Shown: positions 1-13,854 of the stretch, in pieces
Layout of the letters: the number at the start of each line of letters is the position of its first letter
Numbering within the stretch: the stretch's first letter is position 1
Origin: Haplodiscus bocki
Lineage: Eukaryota
Length of the DNA stretch: 64,000 nucleotides
NCBI GenBank assembly: GCA_965655095.1
Contig: OZ296658.1
Span: forward strand, 79,732,001-79,796,000
Direction of reading: 5' to 3'
Made by a program: the position numbers and the translations under genes
The notes under the pieces: generated by a model
Told to the model about the DNA's origin: nothing
What the model saw: only the letters and a program-made list of their open reading frames with translations
The model's database searches: none

Positions 1-3000
1 CTTAAGCGAGTACCACGACTCTTTGAAGGGAGTGGAAGTTTCCGGAAGTGTTTCTGGCAAATTCTGGAATTCCCAATATTACGAAAGCGAGAAAACAGAT
101 GAGGAGGAAAACCCCATTTACGAGAATGTGTACAACATACTTGAAACCCAAACAACTCTATATGAAAAATCTAACAACCCGGGTTCGAATCCCGCTCCGA
201 GTGTAGTTCCGACTCAATTAAAAGATGCGAATTCCGGCAAAGATTTCAATTTGTTTTCAACTACGTACAAAGACGAAGAAACTTATGAGCCATCATTGTC
301 GCACGAAAACCCGACCCCACGGTCTTTTCATGAATCTCCCAATGAGAATCCTCCTAACCATGACGTAAACTTTCGACGAGATATGAATTCGAAAAAGACC
401 AAATCAGTAGATACTGTCCAGTTTTTTTCATCCATGAGAAACTCGCTTCTCAATGCGCTTCAATCCACAACAGACAAAACTACCGAAAAAATCGACACCT
501 TCAGTTCGAACTTTAACCTCAAACCAAAATCCACTCCCAAGACTTTCCATTCACTTTCTTTTGAATCATCGGGACAATATGATTCCAAAAACACAAAGTT
601 TGAATCCAGTTTTGTACCACATTTTACAGAAAATATTGCAGAAAAAGGGGTGAGTAATGCCGGAGATTCGAGCCTGCTTGATGAAGGTACTTCTGCTGTG
701 GACATAAGCGAAAAGTTTGAATCATCTGCAATGATGCAAAGAACTGGGTCGCCGAGTTTTGAAGCCGAATACTACCCAAATGCACGAGATCAGTTTTTTG
801 CGTCGGTCAACTACACTCCAAAATCCGAAGCTTCTGAAAGAAACTCGTCGACCAATAATGTTTATGGGAGAGACGAAGAGCGGTCTCAGAATTCGCTGAC
901 CAATCACAATGCGAGTTCTATTTTTCTTACGAACACCTACCAGTTCACTTCTAACGAGCATTCGAAAGAATCTTATGATTCGGCTGGCTCTGGAAACAGC
1001 AGTGCCTCTAAACCTCGTTCTCCAATGGCATCGGTTTCCGACAACTTTGACTCGATCAAGTCATGGAACCTACAGAATGATCTGATTGGTGCTCCGAGCG
1101 GCGGAAGAACGAACATACCTACGTCAAAGATGCCTTGCACCTTCGCAAGTGGACATGATGACGTTGATGATGGAATTTATTGTGCAACTTTCGGAAGTGA
1201 GCTTGTGGAGGAAGAAGCAGGAATGCATTATTCTTTGCATTATGAAAAGGACAAAAAAATAGTGGGTAAAAGTTGCGAAGATAAGGAATTCATGGGAAAA
1301 GTAAAAACAACAGGTTGCAATTTAAATGTAACCGCTTCTTCTTTCTCTTTACCTTTTCGTTTTAACTCTTCATCTGCACATGCAGAAACAGAATATGGGG
1401 AAAAGAGAGGCAATGGCAGCAATAGAATGGAAAAAGGCAGTAAAAACACTAACTATGGGGGCTCCACTGAAAAAGGAAGCTCAGAAAAAAAGGCAAATAA
1501 TTGTGAAAAAAGCAATAACAATTCAAGTGGGGTGATCCTTTCTAGGGTTAGTCTCTGCGATGGGGAGAAAGTGGAAACAGGGGATGTCCAGTGGGGAATA
1601 GACTTAACAAGGGCACATGTTGCTTTATATGAGGAAACAAATGGAGTGAACAAAAGAAGTAATAACAAAACACACGAAACACTTGAATGTGAGGGCAGCC
1701 AACTTGATGCGAAAGGAAGAGGACGAGCAAAGGGGGAGGAAGCGGTTGGGAAAAGTGGGGTTTTGATGGAAACAACAATTTATTCTCCACAATTCCCAGT
1801 GGTGACGTGTGCTTGTTGTTCAATTACTCCTTCATCAAATGCAGCTTTTTTATCTGGCGCAAGAGAAAACAGCAGGAGTAACAAAAAATGCAACAACTGC
1901 AATGTTAGTAGAAGTTGTAGCATCAGTAACAGTGGTAACAATTCTAACTATAATAATAATATTATACCCTGCAATCCACAATTACAAGTTAGCGACAATA
2001 AGGAAAACAATAAGAGCAACAACAACAAAGAAGTCAACGACCATAAACAGATGTTTCAACCAGGTGCTCTATCTGCCGACCAATTTGGAGGTGGTCGCAA
2101 TAGGGGAGCTACGCCGGATTCGATGGAAAAATTTGGCGGGGATTTTGAAGGAAAAGAAGAAGGATTAGAGAATCTAGAGGGATACAGTGGAAGACTCTAC
2201 AGCAGTGGTAAAGAAGAAATTGAGACACAAAAAAAGGAAAACAAGAATTCAAAAGAAGGCGTGGACTTGAAAGAAAAACGGAATGGAGTTTGCAAAGAGG
2301 TTACCAATAAATTGGAAATGAGTATGGAAAATGAAAGAGGCAATGCTAATCAAGGCGGGGGGTATGGTAACTGCTCTTGTTGCGGTGCCCCCTCAATGCC
2401 GGGAAAGAGTTGGGCGGCAAATCATGCTCTCAATTTTACTTCCAATTTTGGAATTGAAGAAAACGGAGGATTAAGCGGTGGTAAGAAAGACGATGACAAA
2501 AGTTCTCGTATTTTTCCTTCTTTGGCTTCTCCTTGTTCACACTTAAATCGGTCGCTGGTAGAGGTGTCACCTTCAGAACAGAAAATATTCAAAAACATAG
2601 GCATCAGTGGGTCATCAACTCAACATGACTTCATCGCCTCCTCTTCTTTTGCTTCTTCTGATATCCCTTCAGCCCAATCTCTTAAATATCCCTTCCCCCA
2701 AGTATCTTCTGATTCCATTGCACAAAATTCTTCTCCTCTTAGCTCTTCTGCAGAAACAAAGCAACTCTGCTGTAGTTCAAGACAATGTGGGGCAAATAGA
2801 GTCAACATGGATGACTCATTCGAGCAAACAGATCAGTCCGATTTTGGTGACGGTTCCTTGATAGCCCAAGAACTCTGCCGCTCACAGCTCTACCCAGATA
2901 AAGAACAAGAATTTTCTTCTCAGCAATCTTTTTCAGCAATCTCATCATCATACATAATGAAAAACAACATCAATGATAAAAATTATGCTACCTGTCTAGC

Positions 3001-4129
3001 ATGTAGTTCTTGTCATGCTATGACTAACGACAAATTTATTCATCAGCTGCCCTCTAGCGCCAATCATGTGACAACGACAACCAATCCTACAATGATGGCG
3101 TCATTAACAAACAAAAACCAAATTTGTGGATCAACAAATCTACCTTCCGAATCTTTCTCATGCTCTTGTTACACGACAAAGATATCAACAAATCATTTAT
3201 CGGAAAAAGAAAAGGAAAACGTTAAAAAACTATCGAAATCATTTGAGGCAAAAATTAAAACTATAACTGAGGATCTATCAGAAATTAAAAAACCCGCGTG
3301 TCCTTATTGCAATGACCGATTAGAAGTGATATCTCCTGGGGGTGAAGATATTGCGGGGAAAAGCGAACCTGATTGCGATACTAAAACAGGAAGAAAAGAT
3401 GAACTTATGGAAGGTGCTTCAACCAAAAATTGGAAAGATATTTCAGGAAGTTCTCAGGAGAAGAATAAGGAAGAAGCTCACCAGCTGATCCATTCCCCAA
3501 CTTGTGCTTTGTTCGCTATTCGCTCAACTCAAGCTCATCTTGATTCTTACTCTTCTTTAGTTCCGACCACCACTGTTTATAATAATATCTACTCTTTATC
3601 ATCATCTCCATGTTTTTTATCATCGCCCACAGTTCATTCTTGCACTAACAAACAAACGTCACCTTCTCAACAGCGACATCCCGAGTTCGATTCCAACCAA
3701 GTGCCTCCTCATCTTTCTACTACTTTCTCTCCTGTTTGTCGACAACTCGCCGTCTCTCCTTCTAGTTCTCAATTTCAAACCACAACTAACTCAACCACTA
3801 ATGCACTCTCAAATTTCGTTTTCAAATACTCCTCGCCTTCAAACGAGATTGCGACGTCATTCCCGAGCAGCTCTCTGATTGGTCACACGACTACTCCAAT
3901 CACAAGTCCTTCAGAACACGACTCTTCGCTTTCAGAAAACCTTCTTAACATGGAAGTTCGAAGTCTAACTTTAGATTACGTCTCTGCACCCGCGATAGTC
4001 TCTTCTTCGTCGATGACGTCATTAAAACGAGTATCATCAGTGACGTCACACAGTGTGATGACTTGCAAGCCCACTTCGATTCCTTGCTATCTCACTTCCA
4101 ATTCCTCCAGTCTTACCAATTTTATACAG
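1..4129 (+). CDS. Host gene, giant Ser/Asn-rich exon (open at the left window edge)
   Basis: The frame of ORF 23..4324 is open back to position 2, giving >1370 stop-free codons of low-complexity S/N/E/K-rich sequence. Coding-like composition ends near ...TNFIQ (CAG at 4127-4129, phase 0, matching the next exon). The exact donor is uncertain. Confidence 0.8.
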
Positions 4130-4929
4130 GCAGGGACCGGGCCTATTTGTTTAGGAAAAAAAGTTCATAGAAATTTACATGAAAGTATAAAAATATATAA
4201 TGAAAGAAACACACAAAAGAATCCAAACTTCTCTAGGCATGTTTACATTTTTCTGACACATTTCGACATAATGTATATTATTGTTTTTGTTTCTGATAGC
4301 AAACTGTTGCTACGGAAAGATTGAAATCAACTACTTATTCATTGAAAAATTCCAACTCAAGTTTTCAAAAGAATGCTTATTCACGAAAGTAGGCAAATAC
4401 ACTTTAGAACTCATTGAATGAATCAAACTGTTTCTCGATGATTAAAATTTATTATTCAACCGTAAAATTTTACGAAACGAAAATCTTGATTTCAATCGTC
4501 TGCTTAAATTTTTATTCACCGCGGCATCCGTCCAATTCATTCGAACGCCTGTGCCTTCTTGACTAATTCAAATTTACCGCTATTTTAAAACAAAGCTTAC
4601 TAATTTTACAAAGCTTTTTTAGTGGCAATGTGAACTAAATATCTCCAATTGCTAAAATATTGAAATCATGTGGATGCTCAAAAAAGTTTCGGAGAACAGT
4701 CAAAGTTTTTGTTGGTTTAAAACATTTATGTTTCATGAAAGATTCAAAATATGACAAATTTTTTCAAAAATTGCTTTACTTCGTACTTTTGGATAAGATC
4801 ATTGTTGCCGTTCTCTGAACGGACTCAAAAAACTTTGTTCGGAAGCGACTATTGGGGTTTCAACTACATAATTGTATTTTCACGTACCGCAAAACTAAAC
4901 AAAATAATCCTAAAATAATCCGAAATGTT

Positions 4930-5095
4930 TCCTGTGGGGTGCAAGGCATCCCTGTATACAGGGCATTCTTACTACAGTGCATTTCAACGCGCAGGGCATT
5001 CTTAACAAGATCTTGCTAGTGGTTTTTATCTCTGTGGGTTTGGGGTACATACATACACCCGTAGTAAGTTATCCCTGTGGTGGTAAACCCGGAAA
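4930..5095 (+). repeat. Dispersed GC-richer repeat, copy 1 (homologous to 28567-28755 minus)
   Basis: Shared blocks GGCATCCCT, CAGGGCATTCTTA, CCGTAGTAAGTT-TCCCTG and GGTA-ACCCGG. Confidence 0.55.
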
Positions 5096-5197
5096 ATAGA
5101 AAATGATAAAAAGACAAACGTGAAAAATTGTTGTTCAATAACGAGGCACCCAGTTATATAAAATTCTTTGTTGTTCGAACAACAATTCTTGGCTCTA

Positions 5198-5975
5198 CGA
5201 CAAATTGGACCAAGGGCAAATTCGGGCCAACAACCAGATTCGTACCAAAAACAAATTCAGACCGAACCTTGAAATGCGGCCTAATTTTTTTTCGGTAATA
5301 AGCCTAATTATTTAATCAGCAAATAAGGAAATAAGCTTTTTTAATTTGAATTGTTCAAAATTTTTCTGAGAAATTCCTTTTTGAAATTGCAAAGTGGGTA
5401 TGATGATGTTGGGGATTATTGTTTTCCAAACATATTTCAATAATTTATGGTATTTTTTTAAAATAGGAATTCAATAATAAGCTTTTAATTCAACAATATG
5501 CGTTTTTTTACGTATATATTTGCCAGTTGCACGATTCAAGCAAAATCGTCCAATTTTGATTTCGAAAATTTAAGGTAAATTTGTTTCAAAACGCTTTTCT
5601 CCGTACAATTTTTTTTATTCTGATTTTTTCTTAAAGGGAAGAAGTAGAAAATATGCGTTGAATATCATTTCTGTTAAACACTTTTTAAACAAAATCAGAA
5701 TGAGAAAAAAACCCACTGTTACCCGGGCGTCTTGTTTTTTTTTGTCTTTAACGCATTTCGACAAAATTGAAAACGGAAAATATTGGAGTAGATTTTAGGT
5801 CATTGATTTACCTTTCTAATTGGCGATAATTACTATGTTGATGTACAACTGGTAAAGATTTTGTAAACGCAGCTAATTACCACTAAGTTGATGTAATCAA
5901 AATTTTGGGCCGAATTTATCTTCGGTCCAAATCTGTCTCCGGTACGAATTTCGGATTTTGTCCGAATTGCCGCAA
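5198..5975. mobile_element. MITE-like element with iterated subterminal motifs
   Basis: AATTCGGACC-like units are repeated at 5198-5270 and mirrored (GGTCCGAATT-like) at 5903-5975 around an AT-rich non-coding core. Confidence 0.5.
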
Positions 5976-6417
5976 CACCACAATTGTTCACGTCTGTGTT
6001 TTTGTTCTGATTTCCGTCATTGAGGTCAACAAATGTGCGTGTCATCGAAAGGTACCATTGTCATGTCATATTGTTGAGCACTTTTTTTTGAAAAAACTTG
6101 AATCTCAAAAGAAGGCTTTTTTTACCAATTACGATATTTTTTTTCAGAATTTAGAGTAAAAATTAGAGTAAAACAGTTTGAATTCTCGTCTCTCAAAAGT
6201 TTGCCGTTTCTCAACTTGGAAGAAACTTTTCTGGGAATTTCAAAATTTGAAGTTTCGTCAGGAATCTCGCAGTTTAGAAATAACAATTTTTTTTCAGAAA
6301 TTGCATTTTTTATGTGTAACCTGAGCAATTACACCGATAAGTAAACCCAAAAAAACCTGGTTCAACATTTCAGTTGACATTTTAATCCGGACCCTTTCTT
6401 TCCTCGTTGGGTACCAG

Positions 6418-6769
6418 GGTAGAGTGACTCCGATAACAGTGGAAATTCCAGACACACCTTTCCTGGCCACTCTGGGCAAAAATCAATTGGGGGGTAGCTG
6501 GCCAGAGGGTCAGTTATCCAGTAGTGAGTTGAGTCTCATTCACCAAGAGGCGATGATTGCGAGACGAAAGGAGGAAGAATTGAAGGAACAGGAGTCGAGA
6601 CGTCTTGATGACATCATGAATCTCTGTTCCAACGTTTCAAGACCTACTTCTTCGATTTTCCACCCATTACCTCCATTCAACACTCCCCCTACCCCCGTTG
6701 GTGGAACAGAAGGGAATGAAAATGACAAAAAGTATACTCCCAAAAAATCTTCCTATTCTTCTTCAGAGA
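6418..6769 (+). CDS. Host gene exon carrying a PHLDB/LL5-like motif (RRKEEELKEQESRRLDDIMNLC)
   Basis: Pyrimidine tract plus CAG acceptor at 6415-6417, phase 0 start GRVTPITVE. A perfect GTAAGT donor at 6770 is phase 1; an alternative phase-1 donor lies at 6821. Confidence 0.75.
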
Positions 6770-6858
6770 GTAAGTGTTGCGTTAACAATACTGACCAATT
6801 ACGGGTAGCTATTTCCACAGGTTCAAACTTTATTCTCGTTACGTGTGGAATATTATTT

Positions 6859-7836
6859 NNNNNNNNNNNNNNNNNNNNNNNNNNNNNNNNNNNNNNNNNN
6901 NNNNNNNNNNNNNNNNNNNNNNNNNNNNNNNNNNNNNNNNNNNNNNNNNNNNNNNNNNNNNNNNNNNNNNNNNNNNNNNNNNNNNNNNNNNNNNNNNNNN
7001 NNNNNNNNNNNNNNNNNNNNNNNNNNNNNNNNNNNNNNNNNNNNNNNNNNNNNNNNNNNNNNNNNNNNNNNNNNNNNNNNNNNNNNNNNNNNNNNNNNNN
7101 NNNNNNNNNNNNNNNNNNNNNNNNNNNNNNNNNNNNNNNNNNNNNNNNNNNNNNNNNNNNNNNNNNNNNNNNNNNNNNNNNNNNNNNNNNNNNNNNNNNN
7201 NNNNNNNNNNNNNNNNNNNNNNNNNNNNNNNNNNNNNNNNNNNNNNNNNNNNNNNNNNNNNNNNNNNNNNNNNNNNNNNNNNNNNNNNNNNNNNNNNNNN
7301 NNNNNNNNNNNNNNNNNNNNNNNNNNNNNNNNNNNNNNNNNNNNNNNNNNNNNNNNNNNNNNNNNNNNNNNNNNNNNNNNNNNNNNNNNNNNNNNNNNNN
7401 NNNNNNNNNNNNNNNNNNNNNNNNNNNNNNNNNNNNNNNNNNNNNNNNNNNNNNNNNNNNNNNNNNNNNNNNNNNNNNNNNNNNNNNNNNNNNNNNNNNN
7501 NNNNNNNNNNNNNNNNNNNNNNNNNNNNNNNNNNNNNNNNNNNNNNNNNNNNNNNNNNNNNNNNNNNNNNNNNNNNNNNNNNNNNNNNNNNNNNNNNNNN
7601 NNNNNNNNNNNNNNNNNNNNNNNNNNNNNNNNNNNNNNNNNNNNNNNNNNNNNNNNNNNNNNNNNNNNNNNNNNNNNNNNNNNNNNNNNNNNNNNNNNNN
7701 NNNNNNNNNNNNNNNNNNNNNNNNNNNNNNNNNNNNNNNNNNNNNNNNNNNNNNNNNNNNNNNNNNNNNNNNNNNNNNNNNNNNNNNNNNNNNNNNNNNN
7801 NNNNNNNNNNNNNNNNNNNNNNNNNNNNNNNNNNNN
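6859..7836. other. Assembly gap (978 N)
   Basis: Run of N bases. Confidence 1.
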
Positions 7837-8573
7837 CACACCTCATGCATTTTTATATTCACTTACCAATCGCGCGAAATTAGCAAAATTGCATGATTTT
7901 GACTATGAAATTTTTAAATCACCGAAAAGGAAGATAATTGCTGTAGAATGCGACAGAAAAATTGGCTTTTCTTAATTATATACGAAAAATATTTTTTCTT
8001 AGAAATCAGGAAAAATTGGCAAATTTGCTGTAAGATGCATATAAATTGGTGAAATTGCTCAATTACGTTTTTTTACTGAAATTAGTGCCGTTTTGAAAAT
8101 TGGTAGATGAAAACTTTTATGTTAAACGAATGATAAAAGGCTCCTGTTATTCAGAAAAAACTCGTTTTAAACAAATTCGTGAGAAAGTTGCAAGGCAGAA
8201 AGTTCCCCGGTGCTAGCCGGGTGTCTTTTACTCTGATTCTAATAATGGGCATAACTTTTTTTGCAGAAATTACAATCAGCATGATCACTCGATTTTTCAC
8301 GGCTGCAAAATTTCAGCAGATGGGGAGTAAAATTTCGAAGAGTAGTAATAATTTTTAGAAAAAAAACATATAAAAAGTTCTCTGCACTAAAAAAAGTTAT
8401 TTTGACAACATGCTGTTTTTTATCCATCGGATTGAAAACATGCATCAAATCTAGAATAAGAAAGGGAAAATTCTCGAGTTAAAATAGCCTACAACCAAAG
8501 GTGAACACATCACTGAGCATGAATTGAATAATTCGATCATACTTGGATCATGTTGTTTCGTTTTGTCTTTCAG

Positions 8574-8797
8574 AAAAACTGGTCAGCGAAATAATTTTAG
8601 AGGGGATAAGAGAACTCCCTTCGACCTTCTCTTCTTCCTATCCCAGTCTAATGAGAAGCGAAGATTGGATGTTATCTACAGCCTCTTCCTTCAGGGGAGC
8701 AGAAATGAACCACAACATTCATACTGTCAAAGACCAGCTCTACTCTTTATCTTTGTCTCCTTTTAACCCTGTCTCCAATGCATCTCTTCAAAACCAG
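8574..8797 (+). CDS. Host gene exon (KLVSEIILEGIRELP...ASLQNQ)
   Basis: ttttgtctttcag acceptor and CAG|GTTGGT donor. 224 nt, phase 1 to phase 0, compatible with both neighbouring exons. Confidence 0.8.
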
Positions 8798-11700
8798 GTT
8801 GGTTTTTTTTGAAAGAACGGTTGGTCTAGAAGAAGAGGCAGATTCTTGAAAAAGTTGAAAAATTGTGACATTCCTGTATTTTTTTTTCAATTGCAGCTTC
8901 CAGCGTAGTTTCATTAATTGAAGACTCTTACTAACATTCTTAATCTGGCAAGATTGAGGAAAAGGCCAGTCTTCCAAGACTTGAGCCGGATTGATCCAAA
9001 ATCAACATTTTTTGTACAAATGTGACAAGGGAAAATTTTTTGAAAGATCTTGCATGAATATAGGGAAAAATACATCAACTCTCAGATCTTGAGTTGAGGC
9101 AGTTTTAGAAACTGCATTTTGGCAAATAAAATTCAAGCTGACGGGCAGAATTTTGAGATTTTTTGTTTCTTAAAGTTAGTCTGACATCACAATATTTAGG
9201 CGAAATATCTATTAAACTATACCTTCCAATCAATCATGCGATTATTATTCAAAAGCTGACCATTGAAAGGAACTTTTTGAAACAAAGTTTTGCGCTTGAT
9301 TCTAGGGTTGAGAATAAATAGATGAGAAGTGCCCGAAAAAAACAAACTTTGTAAACCGTTTTCGATTCTGAATTTAGTATTTTTCCATGCAAAATGTGGC
9401 TATGGTCATGGAAAGTTTGATCAGGAGCCCATTATTGGTACATAATTAACCGTTTCCTTTGCATGTTCGAGAAGAAACTGATCAACATTGCCAGCGAAAA
9501 ATCAGATTTTGCTAGCTTCTGAGAACAGTTTCTCCAACTAATCAATTTCAACAATCGATCGTTAAATGAAAGCTAAATCTATCAAACATGGAGCTGTGGA
9601 AAAGATCTTAGAAACTCTCTTTCCCAATCTTTGAAGAATTATTACGAAAAAATGGCTGACAAAGCAGCATTGGCAAACTTTGTGCGGTTATCGAGGAGTT
9701 TTTTGGACCCACCTTGGAAGTTTTTTTCATAGTTCCCAATCAAAAGCTGAGGTCTTTATTTTTTTTGTGGTATAAGTCTTTTCCTCGGTACTTCTTATAG
9801 AAAAAAAGAGCCCGACTATTGCACTGACCTTTCTATTGTTTGACTTTTATCGTAGGATGCTCTTTCTAGCTGCTTCGCTCCACTACGTTCTGGCAATTGA
9901 TATGATTTTTTTGGAACAGTGAAACAAAAAATTTTGACAAAAAAAAGCAGATACCACCTTTCTACATACCAGAACTTTTCGAAAACGCAAACTCCTAAAA
10001 TCTTCGAGATACTCTTCTTAGGGCAACACATTTTTATGAAACATCAAAATCAATTTTTTATGTGATACCTTCTTCACATTTTGCGAAATGTCAAAAATTA
10101 TCTGAAACGCGAAAAACGTAAAATTTTCTCAGTTCTCTGCTGTTCAAAATCACAACATTTCTCAGTGTTGCGCGGGGATGGGGTAGTTGATCTATTAGTT
10201 TTTCTTACTATTCTGTCGTTTTAGATAATACGCTAAACGGTGTGTGGGGCCATACGTCTGCGTTGATGTGTGAGAAAATCTCAGAAGCTCATACTGCTAT
10301 CAGTCTTGTAAATTTGCCCTGCTTAGAGGGGCAGACAAAGTATTTGCTTGATTTCTACTAGCAAGGTCTTGGTCAGCAAAGAAAAGTACAAAATAGAGAT
10401 AAATTATTTGATACATGAATGGAAACATTAATCAAGTTGGAAACTAAGTTGTGTTCAAGATAATGTAAGGTTTCCAATGGGCGAAGCTATTATTAGTTAA
10501 GTTTGGGCAAGTAAATCGAATCGATATCAGCAGCAAAACCTTCTATATTTATTTCACGAAATGAAAATTTCATAAAATTCAGTCTTTGCAAATGATCATC
10601 TGTATTTGTCTACTCCAGCTTCAATATCTCTTGTTTAATTTATCCCCTTCTGAAAAGTATACGAGAACTATTGTCATACAGAATTTAGTATCGGAAAAAT
10701 ATGCGAATATACAACAAATTGGAAGTTGATGGAAGGTTTTGTAGCATTAAAAACATAAAGTTTAATTGAAAGTTTAATACCTATTTTATAATACCAAGTT
10801 TTAAACGAGAATAAAATACCTAGTAATATTAGTTCTCTAACATTTTTAATTATTTGAAAAAGTTTAATAAATAGCTAAACTAGAGTGAGGTTGTCTTTTT
10901 CGTGGTTTTCCCGTGTGGCATTGAAGAACTCGGTAGGTTAACAGTTGGGTGAAGTTGCTACCAATTGTTCTGAATTTCTCGCTGGGATGATAGGAGGATT
11001 GATTAAAACGAAACATTGCGGCTCAGACAGTTTTTTAGGCGATGTTGTGATACAATATTTTGGAGATAAGTTAAAAATGCATAAAATTTTAGCTCTCTGT
11101 AAGGAGAGGAGGAGGGACTATTCAAGAGATAAAAGAAAATTAGAATTAGGAGGAGAAAAAAAGAATAGCGAGGAGTGATGAGAAGGAAAGTACCGGCCTT
11201 CGTTAAGTTAAGTGAACGGGGCCAAACAACTGAATTTTGTGGCGGAGCACCGGGTTATTATACCAAGTTTGATCATATGATCAGTCACGTGACCAAACAT
11301 GTGGAGCATGTAGCCATTGTAAGAATTGTACTGAGCTAGGCTGATTAGAATTTTTGTTTCTCAAAGTTTTTAAGGTGAGTTAACAGAAAAGATCCTAATT
11401 TAATTTTTGTTCACAAATGACACCCAGTCAGCTGCATCCTAAAAATTGGAAGAAATCAATGCTTTTATGGGAATCAGTTCAACATGTCACTTGTAAGACC
11501 CTGTGGAATTTTGCAACATTCATCAAGTGAAATTGGTAATTTCCCACGCAACAGAGAGACTTTAGGCATGAATCCATTAAAATTTTTCAGTGACGCTTTG
11601 GTAACACTTGAAAATGATACGAAACTTTGAAGGAACATTGCCCGCTACAGTTCTGCGAAAAAAAATCTCATTTTGAAAATGAAATGTCAGCAATTGCTAT

Positions 11701-11808
11701 TGGGAATGCTGTTTAGTTGGCGCTTCTAAATGGAAATGCGCAACTGATACAATGTTATTTTAGTTGTTTCTGTTTTGACCGGTTAAACCCCCAGCATTTT
11801 CAAGCCAC

Positions 11809-12192
11809 CACCCGGGTCGAAATATTGGCCGAAATTTATCCGGTATAAGGGCGTTAACGGCGGTCAAAATTAGCCACAGAAGCCGTTATTAACCGGAAAA
11901 ATAGCGGCGTTAATGGCGTTTTTTTGTCGGTATAAAGGCGTTAACGGCGTTTAACCGGAAAAATAGCGGCGTTAACGGCGTTTTTTTGTCGGTGTAAAGG
12001 CGTTAACGGCGTTTAACCGGAAAAATAGCGGCGTTAACGGCGTTTAACCGGAACACCTGCAGCGTCAACGGCGGTCCTTGTCGGTATAAAGGCGTTAACG
12101 GCGTTTTGCTTGAAAGTTAGCGGCGTTAGTGGCGTTTACGCCACTATACCAGAAAAATAGCGGCGCATTCCCAAAAAAAATCGACTGGGGTG
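11809..12192. mobile_element. MITE with internal GGCGTTAACGGCGTT tandem array
   Basis: Imperfect TIRs CACCCGGGTCGA / TCGACTGGGGTG. About 10 copies of a CGTTAACG-type palindrome sit in ~30/60 bp units. Confidence 0.65.
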
Positions 12193-13160
12193 AAACTCCA
12201 GCATCTTTTGTTTCACTTGTACTTACTGAACTGGAGCACTATCCGTTGTTGTTTGTTTTTCTCTCGGTGCGTTTAAAGTTAATACAAAAACTTAGTACAC
12301 ATATTGAGAAATATAAAATGTAGCACACCACGAACTCTTTAAAAAGTTTTTACCAGCAGTGCGAAGGTAATGGTCAGGGGTGGAGTTTCGATGTTGTTCT
12401 TGCCAGCATTTTTTTCAACGCTGCCAAACTGGTAATTCTATCTAGTTTCTGGCAAAAGAAAGAACGGATGACACTCTAATTTAATAACACCACAAATTGC
12501 ATAAAAGTTACAAGTTTAATTATTCATCACCAATTGAATTGTGAGTGATTTTTGCTTTGATATGCGCGGTCAATTTCCGCTTTTGATGGGCAGCTGCTCA
12601 AGTTACAAACTTCGTTTGACAAGTCACACGAACGAATGCTACCCTGTACAGTACATCAAAAAAGCTGGTATATGTGACTGACGTCCAGAATCCAGAGATC
12701 TACCCAAGAAAGACCGTATTGAGACGCCACGAACTTCATTCCAATTTTAAAGTTTACCAGTTTCTGTCATTTGGATGTTTTCGATTGGATTGTACTCTTT
12801 TGCGGTACCGAGTTTGTTGTTGTTTCAACTCTCCAAAAAAAAAGAAGTACTGGTCATCGAAACATCTGGTGCAAATCTATATGTGTGAAAAAATCTGGAA
12901 TCGAAAACCAAACATAAACTCAAGAAAATAAAACAGCCGGGTAAAAAATATGCGCAGACTCCAAAAATAATCAGGGGAGAGATTTCACGCTCTGGTTTCT
13001 CCGAACGAGTAATGCTCGTGGAAGGAAACCACTTGCTTTAATTTGTACGATTAAAGCAGTTTCAGGAGTCTGAGCGAGTTCTTGTCAGCGAAGTGTCAAT
13101 CCACTTGTGATGCTTGGATAGGCAAAAAGGCTAGGTTATGGTATCTTATTAATTTCTCAA

Positions 13161-13400
13161 GGGGGGGGGAGGTATCACGATTTTCCGTCGAAAATTTTTA
13201 GTCTCACAGTGCCGAAAAACATCGTGGGGGAACCCTTCTGTGTTTCAGAAAATTCCTGGTATCGAAAAATTTTATGGATAAGAGGGGTGGAGGGAGGGGG
13301 TGTCACGATTCGAAATCGTAGAATTATTTGGCACGATAAGGACTCGAACCCGGGACCTACCGCTTCTGAACCATGTTTTTGCACTGAAAAGAAAAGAAAA
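13161..13400. repeat. Satellite-like unit followed by a tRNA-derived (B-box) fragment
   Basis: GGGG-TCACGATT recurs ~130 bp apart (13161-13180, 13296-13310). On the minus strand GGTTCGAGTCC (Pol III B-box) lies at ~13340-13350. There is no full cloverleaf. Confidence 0.45.
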
Positions 13401-13854
13401 ACGACCTTACTGAATGAATAAATTTTCTTGCATATTACATATGCGGCGAAGAAAAAAAAAGCTTGAAATAGTATTGATGGAAACATAGCACCAGCTAACT
13501 TTTTTATATCTTCTATGATGTTTGGGAAACATGAACAATCTTTTAATGCAACAGTGAAAACTTTTCAAAATGCATGAATGCTGAGTGCATGAATTTTCTA
13601 TGATCCATAATTTTTTTTTCGTTGTACGCATTATCGCAGCAACAAAAATTTCATGCAATTTCGACAAGAGAAAACAGTTGTTATCAAATCAGTATATACT
13701 TTAGCGCTTTAATTTTTACCCATCACGAACTAAATTTTTTCGGTCGCGTGGCAAGGGATCTCTTTTGGTATTGCTTTCACTTTTTGGAGAAAAACGCGGT
13801 ATTATGTTTTTGAGGGCTAAAATAACGCTGAGCTATCCCGGCGTCTCGTTTCAG

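Noticed and set aside
6753-7975. Long ORFs of 328-490 aa in the ORF track
   Set aside because: They are artefacts of translating through the N gap.
10787-11270. Possible solo LTR or tyrosine-recombinase element flanked by an ATACCAAGTTT direct repeat
   Set aside because: The direct repeat is real, but there are no TG/CA ends, no coding remnant and no second copy to support a class.
11840-12140. CRISPR-like array
   Set aside because: The spacers are themselves repeated, the context is eukaryotic and there are no cas genes. It is a minisatellite.
13330-13375. tRNA gene
   Set aside because: Only a B-box/T-arm-like piece is present, with no acceptor stem or complete cloverleaf. The same applies to ~39880 and ~45890.
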